This document shows, in pieces, positions 1 through 17,598 of a DNA stretch of 64,000 nt. Position 1 is the first letter of the stretch. Each line of letters starts with the position of its first letter. Below the pieces are notes generated by a model. It was given only the letters and a program-made list of their open reading frames with translations. It ran no database searches and was not told the DNA's origin. Location: contig CM022671.1 in assembly GCA_012295275.1 (NCBI GenBank), positions 28,644,001-28,708,000 of the forward strand, in the 5' to 3' direction. The translations under genes were made by a program, and so were the position numbers. The DNA comes from Chrysomallon squamiferum (taxonomy: Eukaryota > Animalia > Mollusca).

Positions 1-1172
1 AACTATACGTTAATTCTTAACTTGAAGCGAATTGTCATCTATTTTCACGTCATTATGTGAACACACACACACAACACACTCACACATACATACATGCATG
101 CATACATACATACATACATACATACACAAGTTCATACACACATATAGATAGATAGATAAATAGATAGACCGATAGATAGACCGACCCACAGACAGGTAAA
201 TATATTACAATTTTATTTTAGTTAGATCATAATGTCTATTGTATTAACTACAGTCATTTGGATATGAGTCATTTGGTAAACATATGTATTTTTTGTTATA
301 TGTTACCGTCATTTCACTCAGTTAACACTGTTCAGTATCTTGTTTTAATTTCTCTGTCAATATTTTGTACCTTTTGATATTATGTGAAGACCAGTGTCTT
401 GTGAATACGGTTCCTCATCACTCCAGGAACATTTTTTTAAATTTTATTTTCGTTTTGTTTGAATCATAGATACATTATGAATTCTTTACATCTTTTACTG
501 TTAAAAATAAACAAAATCTTCTCTTACTTTTACTGACATTAATTTATATGTTTTAGCAGTAAGTAAAATCCATTTTGTTCTTAAAATGATATCGCGTCAT
601 TTGCTCAAAATTTACTTTTTTTCTCCTGTTATATAACACCATAATTTCACTCTGTATTTTACTATTAATAATAAATTGTATCATATTTTACTTTCAGTCC
701 CAGTTATATATATATATGTGTGTTTATTTATTGATTTTAACTGTAAGTGAGAAAAAAATTGTCATCTGAACTCGATTTCTGTTTTCTTTTCTTTTCTTCT
801 TCTTTTTATTTTTTTCAAAATATAAAATTACATATCATCATAATATATCTTTTATTATTATTCGCAAAAATCAATATCTTATTTTATTCCCACTGACCCG
901 AACACGCCCACCATGTAAAAAAAACCTTTTGTCCTGTGATTATTGTTTTCTCGGCATTCACTGGATGCTTTACAGGTTTGATATCGATGTTAAAACAAAT
1001 CTGTATTGTACATCTCCTCCGAGCGGCAGGCAGGCTGTCCCGGGTTACTGGTAAACAAAAGCGTCTGCTACGTTTTAGCAGACGAAGAAGTGGGACATAT
1101 GAAATGAGGCAGACAGACAGAGAGAGACAGAGAGAGAGCGATAAGCGTCGGATGTAAATAAAGCATGCGAAT

Positions 1173-4258
<3,086 letters not shown>

Positions 4259-5090
4259 AACATTCAAAATAAAACAGGAAATGTCACTGTTTCTGTAATA
4301 GAACACACACATACTACACATACATACATACATCTTACCATAAAATCAAAAACAAATAATAATAATAATAATAAAATTATATGATTTTTTTTTTTTTTAA
4401 ATTGTGTTTAATTTAAAAAAACAAAACAAGAAAACTCCCACCAAATTTCATGTAATTTTATTATTATTATTATTTTATTTTTTAAACTTACCTACGGTGA
4501 AACGTATACTCAAATTTGTTATTTAAATTCAGTAACAATAATCGAATTAATAAAAAATAAAAAATAAAAATAAAAAAAAATAAAAAAAAATATCTCGAAG
4601 TATTTTCTGTGAAAAATAAATAGTGTCTGTCGGATGATAATTAACTTATGTATTGTTATAACAAAAGCTTCTAATGACATTGGTGTATACGTGAAATGTG
4701 CACTGGGTCACTAATTATTATTACTAAGTCTGTCTGTTAGTGGAAACATTATTCGATTGATTTAGAGTAATTGTTTCCCTGATATGACGTATTTTCGTAC
4801 AGAAAAATTAACAAACTGACATCGATGTGCAGTATGATTCCAGTTTATCATGAACTTCTAGATACTAAAATATATATTATAAACCATCAAAAACGTATTA
4901 TTAACATGCTATTTATTTAGATTTGCTCTCCCGAGTAATTTATGCAAATTCGACTAAGTAAGTTTTAAGTTTCAGAAAATTTCATATCGATAACAAATAA
5001 ATAAATAAATAAAATAACATAAAAATAAAAAATAAAAAATTGATGTATAAAATATTGCTGCTATGCTGCTTCTTCTGCTACTGCCACTAA

Positions 5091-5129
<39 letters not shown>

Positions 5130-5901
5130 AATTAATTAAATAAATAAAAAAATTATATGATAACGTTGTGCAAAAATAATACGAAACTAAGACCTTTTTT
5201 TTATTATACGAGACAAAAAAATGTCTTCTTAAAAATATTTTTTACACCGCTATCACAGGTTTTGAACACGCTTAAATCACGTCACAGCCGCTTGAGTGAA
5301 CTCTGAAAATATTACTCTGATAACAGAAATACAGACGAATTAAAATACAAAAAAAACACAACTTGGAAACATTTCGTAATGGAAAAATTGTCGGCTGAAT
5401 ATATTCTCGTTATTCGTAACGTTACTGAGAAAAGGTCACGGAAGATCAAGTATTTAAAGAAAAAAAAAGATAGCAATATCTGAAAGATTTGATTTAACAT
5501 AGATTTAAATTTAACTGCGGTTTTAATTTTTTGTCAGACGAGAAATGGAGAGTTAGCTTACAACAGTGTATCTAATGAAACAACTGGATCAAGAAACGAT
5601 TTTAACATTTCTTCTAGATGAGTTTATGACTGTTTTGATATATATTTTATTTATTTCAGTATTTTTCACTTTAAAAGATGTCTATGCGTGCTTGTACGCT
5701 GAATAAATTCCTGTTTAGTTTCACTGAATGTGATATAACATACGTCAGTCAGTTCAAAATCATTGCTTCATTTCAGATTTAAAATTTTTAATTTTTATTT
5801 ACTGTGAAAGTCTTTGATATTTATCAATAAAAGGTATTATTATTATTCTTGTTGCTGCTTGTCGTGTTTTAATGTTGTAATTTTAATGATATTATTGTTG
5901 A

Positions 5902-5933
<32 letters not shown>

Positions 5934-6081
5934 GTAGTAGTAGTAGTAGTAGTAGTTGTAGTAATAGTAGTAGTAGTAGTAGTATAGCTCAGTAGGCAAT
6001 ACCCACGATAAACATACAACTAAAACAAATATCCTTACATGTACAGCTCTGTTTTGTTGGACAAAAGCCGCCCTAGTTAGA

Positions 6082-6101
6082 TATAAAGCACTTTGACGTC
6101 A
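6082..6101 (+). promoter_or_regulatory. Candidate TATA box (6082-6087) and palindromic CRE TGACGTCA (6094-6101) upstream of paralog B
   Basis: Motif match about 130 nt upstream of the ATG at 6215; no functional evidence. Confidence 0.35.
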
Positions 6102-6214
6102 GTTCTATACAGCGAGGTGAACGCCGTTTTTGAGTATGAGCGCTTTGTGAACAGGGAAGTACTTCTCCAAGGACAACGAGTAAACAGTGTAAACCCGTTA
6201 CAGTAATATCCAAC

Positions 6215-6776
6215 ATGGCGATTTCGTACACTGTACTACTTTTAATCTTGTATTCTGCTTGTAAGTATATAATAAAGCTTTACTTTTAGATGACCAGATA
6301 CAGAAACAAGTTGAAGAGTTTTTTTTCAAAGTCCTGGTACAGATTAAAGTTGAACAGATGAGTGACAAAGCTGTAATTAATGAAAAAACTCAAACATAGA
6401 AGTTATTAAGTTCCGTGATGTTTAACTTCGTAGTAACGAAGGTTTCTAATTACGGAGTAACATAATTTCGTGTAGGGGTTAAGCTAGCAATATATCATAT
6501 AGTATTTTTGTTAGATAAGTTTTCAAAACATTTTTTTTTTTGAATTGTGTAATACAGGTGAACAACAGCAACAACCACAAGAACAAAAAAAAAATAAAAA
6601 AAAATAATGAAACTATTTTTGTTGATATAAAATACAAGAAATTACGCAAGAAAAACACTTCCAATAACAAACATGTTTAAGAAACAGATACGTAAATTCA
6701 AATACATTTATACCGAAACTAACCACGAATTAGTGGTAAAAATGTACTATTTATTATTAAAAGTTATTACTACAAT

Positions 6777-6822
<46 letters not shown>

Positions 6823-6827
6823 CATTA

Positions 6828-6858
<31 letters not shown>

Positions 6859-7531
6859 TATTATTATTATCATTATTATTATCATTATTACTATTATTAT
6901 TAGTATTGCTATTATTGTTATTATTATTGTTGTTGTTGTTGTTGTCGTCGTTGTTGTTACTCTATGACTACTACTGTTACTACTATTACCACCATCGTCG
7001 ATACCATCATTATAATTACTGCGAGAACAATAAAATTAATTTTAGCGTTTTTAAAATTTTTTAATATCCATACGACATTAATTTTAACCTTTTGAAAATA
7101 CAACGTTAAATAAGAGAAATGTATTTGCTGTGGCACATGCCACGTTTCGAACCTACATCTCTCAGCTCCTCTTTCAGGTGCTGAGGCTAGTTACTACTGT
7201 CTGAAATACACGAACTTAGGATTCTACTACATCACCTGTGCGTACGGATGCTGCGGAAACACATACAACAGATACTGTTGTCTAGGGTAAGTGAAACAAA
7301 AATGACAAAAAACACACAGTATGAGTGTGGGAAATGAGGGGGATGCGTGTGTGTGTGTGTGCGCGCGTATGTTTGTATGTTTGTATATTTGTGTGTTTGT
7401 CTGTGTGTAGGTATCTGTGTGTGTGTGTGAGAGAGAGAAAGAGAGAGTAAAGATGAGAATGAGAGTGAAAATGACACTGAATATAACAGTGAGGAAATGA
7501 AAGGATGGGTGTACGTGGGTGTGTTTTCATT

Positions 7532-7609
<78 letters not shown>

Positions 7610-9314
7610 ACAAATAGAAAAATAACTAAGTTAGCTATCTCTTCATGATCGAACACACACACACAAACATATCTACAGACAACCCAACTAATAGTAAATA
7701 TGACATAAAATACACACATCACAGATGAGTATGATTATAAGAAAAATGGGGATGTGTGTGCGTAGGTGCGTGTGTATTTGTGTGTTTGTACATAACCAAC
7801 ATTTTCTCGTCCTCTGATTTTCGTTTCTGTTATATCTTTAACAGAATTTTTCTTATATGAAATATTATCTTTATAATATAATTCACTTGCCTTTATTATA
7901 TATATGTTTTGTTTTCAGAACATCCTTGACCGCTGGGATTGTAACGCTTGTCATTATTGCTATTCTGATTATCGCCCTTGTTGTATGTGTGTGTTTGAAG
8001 AAAAAAAGCTACAGCGGCCGAGTCGTCAGACCAGCCAATCGGAGCACGCGCCCAGATACTACTGTCGTGTTCTCAGGTTTGCTTTTATCGTCCACTTTGA
8101 AAAGTACACTTAATACAGCTTATTTTAAATAATAACATTCTCAACACATTATGAAGTACATACGGGCGAAGCAAAAATAATACTTGTTCATACTATTACT
8201 TCTAAATATATAAACAAATAAATATAATGATAAATATCAACAAAAAAAAAAGAAATAATAAATAAATAAATAAATAAATAAAACAAAGATAATAAGAAAA
8301 CATAATAAGTAAATAATAAATAATAAATAAAAAATAAATAAACTTTAAAAAAATTTCAAATCGAAATTAAATAATTAATAATTTAATAAATAAGTAAGTA
8401 AGTAAGTAAATAAATAAATAACAAAAACACCAGAAAATGAATGAGAGCATTTTGATTAAGATATTTTTTTCACATTCTAACTTATATTTTTGGATTACAG
8501 ATTCTTGAATTGCCTTTATCAATGTCTTGCATTAAAAAAGCATTAATAGTTTAATGATGATAGTAATAGTGATAACAAAATCAACAACCAAAATAAAACA
8601 ATGAGTGATGATGATGATAATGATAATATATTAGAGATGATGATGATTATTATATTAATAACAATAATAACAACGATAATAATTTTTTAGTGATGATAAT
8701 CATAATGATGTAGATAAGACTTTTTTAATATATATTTATTTTTTGTTCTATACACAGCCAATAACTCGCAGCAGTCTGGATACTATCCTAACCCTTACTA
8801 CCCTTATTCTCCTTACTCTCCTTACTCTCCTTACTCTCCTTACTCTCCTTACCCTCAACCTCCACCATACAAAGATCTAGAGACCTCCTCTCCACACGTA
8901 AACAACAACAACGCACAGCATCCAGGTGGCCAAGGAAGAATTGTGTCTACAGGACTAGCACCAGGTGTCCACCCCCCTCCTGCACCCCTCCCAACGGAAC
9001 AGCCACCCGCATACTCTCCTCCAGAATATTCGCAACCTCCTGAGACAACACAGTTTGGAAACAGAAATGCAAACACGCCAGCAGCTACGTCCCCGTCAAC
9101 AGCAGGACTGCAGCATCCAGGGACGGCAGCATCTTCAGAAAGGAGGCAGAACACGGAAAGTTCTGGGTCGTCAGTGAGAGGTGGCGGAACGTCGGGGAAT
9201 TCGGGGAATTCGGGGAATTCAGGGACGCCAGTAACGCCAGCAACACCAAATGAATCAGCAAGGAATGAGCAAGATTCCGGAATTAATAGCCGTCCAGCAT
9301 CAAACAGACAGTAG
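6215..9314 (+). CDS. Shisa/CYYR1-like type I membrane protein, paralog B; exons 6215-6260, 7178-7286, 7919-8076, 8758-9314
   Basis: Same exon phases as paralog A. Signal MAISYTVLLLILYSACAEA; YYCLKY...ITCAYGCCGNTYNRYCC; TM AGIVTLVIIAILIIALVVCVCL followed by KKK; tail with PYS repeats, PPPY, PPAY and PPEY. Confidence 0.82.
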
Positions 9315-9485
9315 ACTGTGCTTGTTAAGTGTGGATTATTATTATTTTTTTATTTTTTTTTTTTCCACACATACTTCCAGATTTAAAATATTTTTCGTGA
9401 GACATTTTTCAGAGAAATCAAACTGATATACCTACTTTTATCTAATTCAGATTAATCTTTGTCTTTTCCATATAGTGTGCCTTAA

Positions 9486-9545
<60 letters not shown>

Positions 9546-9699
9546 CATAATAATAATAATAATATTAATAATAATAATCTAGTGTACGTAGAACCGTGTT
9601 TTTAGCATTTGAATATGTATATACGTGGTTGAGGTGCAAAAGAATTATATAATGTATACTTCATAAAGTATAGCAACTAACATACATAAAATTTGTTTC

Positions 9700-9753
<54 letters not shown>

Positions 9754-10525
9754 TAACACACACCAACAAATAATCAAACGAAAACAAACCCTTATTAAAA
9801 ATCAGACTGAAATTTGTCTTACAATATTCAGTTTTAAACTAACCGAAAAACTCATAAACTTTATTCAGTGTTGTGTTACTAATATTTAACGTATCTATAT
9901 CCTCCTGTTCAATATTTACAGTATATTATCAATGACTTTAAGTTAAAAAGGAAGCTACTTTTAATATTTTATTACATGTGTCGTTTAAAAAATGATTCAC
10001 AGTTATTAATACTATTCGTTTTATGGTTTGTGGGTTCAAAATATTGTATGTGTTAAAATTTTATATTTTTGTTAATTTATTTTTATGTGAATAGATAAAT
10101 TATTATTCAGCGACATGCTGATTTCATTCAATGTATTAAAAGATGTTTAAATACGGACGTATTTATGTGTGAGTGTGCAGGTGTGCTTGAACGAAAGTTC
10201 TCAATTATTTAGACAGAGTTATAAATAGCGTATCGACCTTTGACCTGCAATATGGTGTCAGACAGATCCGCTTGTCAAATGATTTCGTGCATAAATTAAA
10301 CAGCTAGATTATACTGTGTAAAATTTGCAAATAAAGTTAACCTATTTTTTAAGATATATTTTTTTTTTTTTTTTTTTTGTTATTTAGATTTAAAATTTTA
10401 ATACCGTTTAATGAAAATGTTTTCTAAATTACTGGAGAAAGGTCGTTTTTTGACAAAAATGAATTCCTAATGTTTAAACCGTGTATTTTTTGTAATCACT
10501 TATATCAAATAACATTTCAATAAAT

Positions 10526-10602
<77 letters not shown>

Positions 10603-10784
10603 AAAAAATAAAAACAAAACAAAAACAAACAAACAAAAGCCATTTATTATTAAAGTTTTAATATATTAAAAAAAAAAAAATCATTTAATATTAAAATTTT
10701 TAAAAATCATTTAATATTAAAATTTTAATATATTATTACGAAAGTTTTTTTTTTTTTTTGTGACACAGTCCTATAGGACTTTTA

Positions 10785-13700
10785 CTACTCGCTAGGTTTA
10801 GTTGGCATTGCTGTGGGTAGACCGAGTGGTGGTTCAAGCTGTCGTTCGGTGTAGAATGAGCCGAATTTCGGAGTAACCGCCATCAGTTTTCCGTTGTTCT
10901 CTTCATCTTCAACCAGTTTTAAGAAAGCTTCAGCCACGGTAGACACCCTGAATGTGAAAAAAAGATTAACACAAATAAAATAATGCACACTGAGAATTAA
11001 GAAAAGAAGAAGCAGTTTTAAAATGCAGTTTTAAAAGAAAAATATATAATTTTCGTGAGTAAAGTTTTTAGATACAAATTCCCACTGACTAAAATCTTTC
11101 CATCACAGTCAAAGTCTTGGATTATATTTATTAAAACTACAGATTATATTTATTAAAACTACTGTAGTAACTGCAGCTATTCTAATATTACAAACGTTTT
11201 TGTGTGTCTCATATGTATCGTGCGCTCGTACCTGCGTGCATTCGCCTTTACATATACGGACGACATACATACAAACGTACACACGCACACATACATGCAC
11301 AGAAGCATCCACTCCACCACACAGTTATACATACTATCACATATTCTTGTTCTAACAGAGTGATTTAGTGAACTGGAACAAAGTCCTGTTAACAACAACT
11401 TTCTAACTGAGAACGATAAAACAGTGTTTGTATCTGTCGACTTTGTGTTCTTACGACAAGCGTCCCATGAAGTCTATGCACGCTACTAAGCTGTCTAAAT
11501 CGAGGCACTCGTCTGCTTTGACGTCCACCAGATTCGTGTCCACCGCGGAAGGACACAGACACGCTAGTCTCACACCCATGCTGGATATTGCGGGATTTTT
11601 CTGAAATCAATGGGTTTTTTTTATTACATGCTGTAGTCTGAAGCAGATATTTAATAACGTGAATGTGACTACGACGACATATACACAGATGTACATGTGT
11701 ATTTGTGTGTGTATTTTCTGTACAGATTCTGAGAAACGTAATTAAACCAACCGCCAAGCTCTGAGTAAATCCAACAACTGCGTGTTTTGTAGAGGCGTAA
11801 ATAGGAGTCCAAAACCACGGGATCAGTCCTGACAAAAAAAAAAAAAAAAAAAAATAATAAAAGTAATAAGGTTTTAAAAAAATAAAGGAATATACGTTGG
11901 TGCCTTGACCTAAGAGTTCAAGTCGTTCCTTTGGCTGTAGATATAGCCTTTATCGACTTCTTCTGCTTCAGTATGGTAATATCGTGAAAGTACTACGCTC
12001 GTACTGCCTAGCCATGTTGGCTACGCGCACACCTCGCTCATGTTTTCCTATGATTTCATGCTTTAATTTAATGGACATCATGCACTTCTTCTTCTCAGCA
12101 CTGTCCGTTTCACTCACTTTCCTGGGATCCACGGAAATTTGGCAAAATCCTGCACAAAACGCGAGCAGAACACAACAAAGATGCTTCGACGGCGAAGTAA
12201 CCACGTGAAGCAAACGAGTGAGACGCGGGATGCTGGGCGGATGTTGTGTTGTTCGTAGCGCCGATTAGCAGCGGGGTAACCGAATCTCGCTCGTAACATA
12301 TGTACATATATTTATATACGTGTGTTTATATGTGTGTGTGTATGTATACATTAAAATTAGTTTTATCATCTCCATCATCATACCTATATTATACAAGTAG
12401 CTGTTAAAATGTAACGTGAAGAGTTACCGCTAGTGAACCAAACACAAAATACAATACCTACAACTGAAGACATGTTTATTATGACGCCTCCCTTCCCTCC
12501 TTTTACTCTGTTCATATGTTCTAATGCCAAGTTAGTTCCCAGAATAACTCCATTCTGAAATTACAATCATTAATAAGAACACTGGGGGACGTACACACAT
12601 ATAATAATAATTTAGTGTCAGAAGTGATCAAATAAAAAACAAACAACACAATAATGTTATTTCTGATATCGGTATAATTTATAACTTACTTTAGACTACG
12701 TGAGAAGAATTTACGAGTCTGTTTTAGTTAGTTGTCTTAATTTACAAATATTAAAATCTGCTATTTCGAAAAATATTACGCCATATGATATATTAACGAA
12801 AAGAGAGCGAGTTAAAAGTAATTGCTTGTTATTACAAGGCAGTTCGTTCAGTGTTATTATACGTACTGTGACAGTTAATATAATTATATAGTTCTCGTTA
12901 AAATACGTACTAAATTAATTTTTATCTGCATTTCGCATAGGTTTTCCTTCATAATTCCAGCATTATTCACCATCACATCTATCTGTCCAAAATTTGTCAC
13001 AGCCGACTGAAAGGCTGCTTGAATAAATAACATACTACTGAAAGTAACAGTCAAAACATTTGTCCATAAATTATATATATATATATAATTTATGGACATA
13101 TTTTCGAATATAACTTTCAATATTTTAAAGAAGAAGATCAGAGTTAGAGAGACCGATAAATAATTTATATAAATTATATGACCAAGAAATACGACTATAT
13201 AAAATGTAAACAAGAAAGACAGCAGTAATAAGAATAATAACAATAACCATAACAACGACTATACCAACAAAAAAAATAATTTACAATAATAACAATAATA
13301 ATATTCTTCTTCTTATTAGTATTATTAATAACTTCGAATTACCTGTAAATTGTTCTTTATTTGTGACGTCACATTTGCCAAATTTGGCTTTCTCTGCGCC
13401 ATATTTCTCTGTGAAAGCTTTTACTGTCTCTTCGCCTTTTTCTGAATTGACGTCAACATATTAACAACTGAATTTCAGTCAACATATTAACAACATCGGA
13501 TTATGATACTCATGCACATACACACACACACACTCACACACAGACAGATGGACAGACAGTCAGACAACACAGAAGAGAGATAAATGGATGGATGGATGGA
13601 AGGATGGATAGGTGGAAGGATGGATAGATATACAACAAAGTATATTTTCAGAGAGAGAGAGAGAGAGAGAGAGATATTTTTCTTTCGTAATATCCATTTT

Positions 13701-14715
13701 GTCAGATGCAAATGATTATTAACAGCAATATCCGCCACCCGTTTACTTAGTGAACTTTGTTTTGCATAATAAATTAAACAGAAACTTTGATTTTAGTAAA
13801 ATAAACTTTTAAGTAGTTGATGCATTTGATGCAATTATTTATAGAAGTATTTCTGATAAACAAGTAATTTGAACATTGTTCAACGTACTTGTATCCGAAT
13901 ATTTTCTGTACCATCCCTTCGTTCAACTTACACCAGTTACGCCGATTCCCGCCATCCCTTTCACAAAATCTGGGCAGACTACTGAGTATCATTAATGCAG
14001 TTTCGAATGTACATTAAAACAATTTCGGAAAATCTCGAAATCAAGAGAATAACCCACCCATGGCTGGTCTGAATCTGGAATAAGTTCGCCCATCTCCAGC
14101 AAAAAGTCTGAGTTCTTTTCATAGTTTATACGACTATGCATGACCACGCATTGAGCTCAGGAAGTTTTAGCACGTTTATTAATAAAACAAATGTGTTCAG
14201 TTCAATTTGTAAGACTTCTGCTTTGCTAAATACAATCGAGGTTGACACGAAAACATTTCTAAAGGAAGAGAACAATGGGAATGTTTGTTAATGAGAAAAC
14301 TATAGGCCTACTATTTATACATTCACGGTTATACGGAAATAAATAAATGCAGCATTTAAATAAATAATAATAAATAAAAATAAATAAAAAAATAAAAAAA
14401 TAAAATAAGTAGGCCTATTTTCTTAAAGCAAATACAGCGTTTGTCCTACACTTATTATTATGTTCACTTAGGAAAGCTTTTTACACAACGAATTAATCAC
14501 GTTAATCTGGGATTTGCAGCATTTAAAACATCCTCTTTTTTTTTCTATAACGATAACTTGTTATAGGACGAGAGAACGAATATTTAAAACCCTTCAAGGC
14601 AACAGAAGCTAATGAGAGTTACCTTTCCTCCCTTATTCAGGACTGCTTCAGCCATCCCCTTCCCGATGCCTTGGGCTCCCCCGGTTATAAAAAAAACTTT
14701 TCCCGAGATCTCCAT
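10785..14715 (-). pseudogene. HPGD: HPGD-like SDR copy 1, probable pseudogene; exons 14623-14715, 13343-~13455 (acceptor lost), 12911-13017, 12458-12554, 11752-11828, 11455-11600, 10785-10947
   Basis: TGGAQGIG, NNAG and YASTK motifs are present. The exon 2 acceptor and first codons are replaced relative to copies 2 and 4, and the nearby AGs are out of frame. Confidence 0.75.
11893..12300 (-). mobile_element. Tigger/pogo-like DNA transposon remnant in HPGD copy 1 intron 4
   Basis: Encodes DPRKVSETDSAEKKKCMMSIKLKHEIIGKHERGVRVANMARQYERST (CENP-B/psq-type N-terminal HTH of Tigger transposases); TIR-like tggtgccttgac near 11898. Confidence 0.75.
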
Positions 14716-15120
14716 TACGCTTGTCTGTTTCACTACCTCGGGTTACGAATGGCGCGACACCAACAGAAGTGAACTCTGAACCGAGTCGAATGTTCTGGCC
14801 CGGAAAAAGCAAGCTGCAAGATAATCAAAGTTTAGTTTGAATCACGTCAAAATTCATTATCATCATTGTTACTGTGTTTGTTCAAGTAATTACATCCATA
14901 GTTCATCTTAGAAGACAGTGTGTGCTAGCCAGTAAAAAAAAAAAAAAAAAAAAAAAAAGATAAACAAATTTGTATTATAATGATTCAAGTCTAAGGTCGT
15001 CTTAACCTAATGCAGTACAAAGGATGCAGCCGAAGGACTCAAATCTTAGGAGGGCAAAGAGAGCAAAAAAAATAAAAATAAAAAATAAATAAAAAAATAA
15101 AAGAAGAAGATAATAACAAA

Positions 15121-15155
<35 letters not shown>

Positions 15156-15314
15156 ATGAGAAAATAAAAGTGTTATTAACAAAAAAAATTATGATTTTAT
15201 TTTTTATTCTGGCATTATTTATCTTATTTTTCTTTAGCGGGTTTTCTTTCTTGTCTCTATGAGACAAAATTCGAGATACTTTCTTGATCCAGCCAAAACG
15301 CAAAAAAATATATT

Positions 15315-16520
15315 GTAGTAGAAGTATTATGTAGTAACAGAAGTACTTGCTATACGTATTAATAGCAGTATATAGAATGTAGTTTTAGCAGGAGGTAGTT
15401 ACGGTAGTATGTAGTTTTAGCAGTATAAAATAAGAATAGTATAGTAGTATGTCCATAATACGTATTAAGAGTAATATGCAGAATGTAGTATTAGTAGTAT
15501 GTAATAATAGTAGTATGTAGTAATAATAATAATACGTAATATTAGTCTGTAGAATGTAGTATTAGTAGTATGTAGCTATAGTAGTTTGTGGTAATAATAA
15601 TACGTATTAATAGTAGTATGTAGAATGTAGTATTAGCAGTATATAATAACAGTAGTATGTAATAATAGGAGTATGTAGTAATACTATTACGTATTGATAT
15701 TAATATTTAGAATATAGTATTAGTAGTATGTAATAATAGTAGTATGTAGTTATAGGAGTATGTAGTATTAATAATAATACGTAATATTAGTTTGTAGAAG
15801 GTAGTATTTGTAGTATGTAGCTATAGTAGTATGTAGTAATAATAATACGTATTAATAGTAGTATGTAGAATGTAGTATTAGCAGTATATAATAACAGCAG
15901 TATGTAATAATAGGAGTATGTAGTAATACGGTTACGTATTGATAGTAATATGTAGAATGTAGTATTAGCAGTATATAATAACAGTAGTATGTAGTCGCAG
16001 GAGTATGTAGTAAAAATAATACGTATCAATAGCAGTATGTAGAATGTAGTTATTGTGGTATGTAGTTACAGTAGATTGTAGTTATACTAGTATGTAGTAA
16101 TAACAATACGTATTAATAGCAGTATGTAGAATTCAGTATTAGCAATACATAGTTATATTAGTCTTTAATTATAGTAGTAATATTAATACGTACGAATAGC
16201 AGTATGTAGAATACAGTTTTAGGAGTACGTAAAATGTAGTGTTAGCAATATGTATGTATAATAGTTTATAGTTATAACAGTATGTAGTAATTACAGTATG
16301 TATTAATAGTAGTATATAGCAATAGTTTTATGTAGAGTTAATACTAGCAATATATATTAACATAAATATGTAGTCATGTAGTATGTAGTAATAATAATCT
16401 ATATTAATAGCGGTATATAGTACTTGCAATATGTAGTAATAGTGGACTATAGTTATACTAGTATCTAGTAATAACACTATATATTAAAGGCAGCACCTAG
16501 TAATAGCAGTATATGGACAT
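15315..16520. repeat. Degenerate TAG/TATG-rich tandem repeat (agtatgtagaatgtagtattag-like units) upstream of HPGD; homologues at 23105-24030 and, inverted, 40180-41020
   Basis: Directly visible low-complexity array present in each duplicated block. Confidence 0.85.
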
Positions 16521-17598
16521 TATAGATAACAGACAAACGCTTATTTATTGTGTTTAACAGAAGGATTTTAACGCATCCGGGACCCAGTTTGTACTTCAAA
16601 TGCTACGAATAGCGTATGGTTGTTACAACCACTTTTTTATATCCATTTTAATGTCGATATTTTACAGTCGTTTTTCTAGTCAAGTTAATATTAACTGAAA
16701 AAACACATGCAGTTATGATTATTATTATTACTAAAATTAATATGCACAAAAACTCAAATTCATACAATGTATTTATATGTTTGTACAGTCGAAATAAATA
16801 TATATTGTGTTTCCCTATCTGTATGTACATATGTGTGTATATATGCATGTATGTATGTATATTTGTATGTATGTATGTATGTATGTATATATCTATGTAT
16901 GTATGTATGCCTGTATGTATATTTAGTATTAAAACAGTGAATACGTTAAATATTTTACATTATTAAAATTACAATGTTACATTATAATGATTTCATTATT
17001 GTTGTTGTTGATATTATTATTATTATTGTTGTTGATATTATTATATTTTTGTTGTCGTTGTTGATATTATTATATTCGATATGTGTATGTTTAGAAGCTG
17101 CAGTGTTATTGGTTGCTGTATTTTAGAATGATATTTCGTAAATCAGAAAACATCACAACAGCTGGGATATCGAGGTGTCACACATCTGTGTACGTTGACA
17201 GTCATTTTTAGATTATTTTTGTGTATATATTTGTGTTTATATATCTCTCTGTGTGTATGCACGTGCGTATTGTGTGTGAAGATTATTCAACATCATCAAC
17301 AACGAGTATTTGTATTCTTGTTTTCTTTGTTGTGCTTGTAGATATATTTATGCTATATGTAATATTTCTGCATGTCAGGTAAGTAACTGCATTTAAAATG
17401 GTACATCTCTCTCTCTCTCTCTCAATATTAAAGTTTTAATATTATTATTACGAAAGTTATTTGTGACAGTCTTCTCTCTCTCCAAAAAAGTAAAAAAAAT
17501 AAGAAAAAAGAAAGTCATTTAATATTAAAGTTTTAATATATTATTACAAAAGTTTTTTTTTTTTTTTTTTTTTGTGACACAGTCTTTTAGGACTTTTA

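Noticed and set aside
913-975. Possible first exon of paralog A (CCACCATG ... ACAG|GT with a hydrophobic frame)
   Set aside because: The ATG is followed directly by TAA and is out of frame with the hydrophobic stretch; 1173-1227 gives a clean signal-peptide exon.
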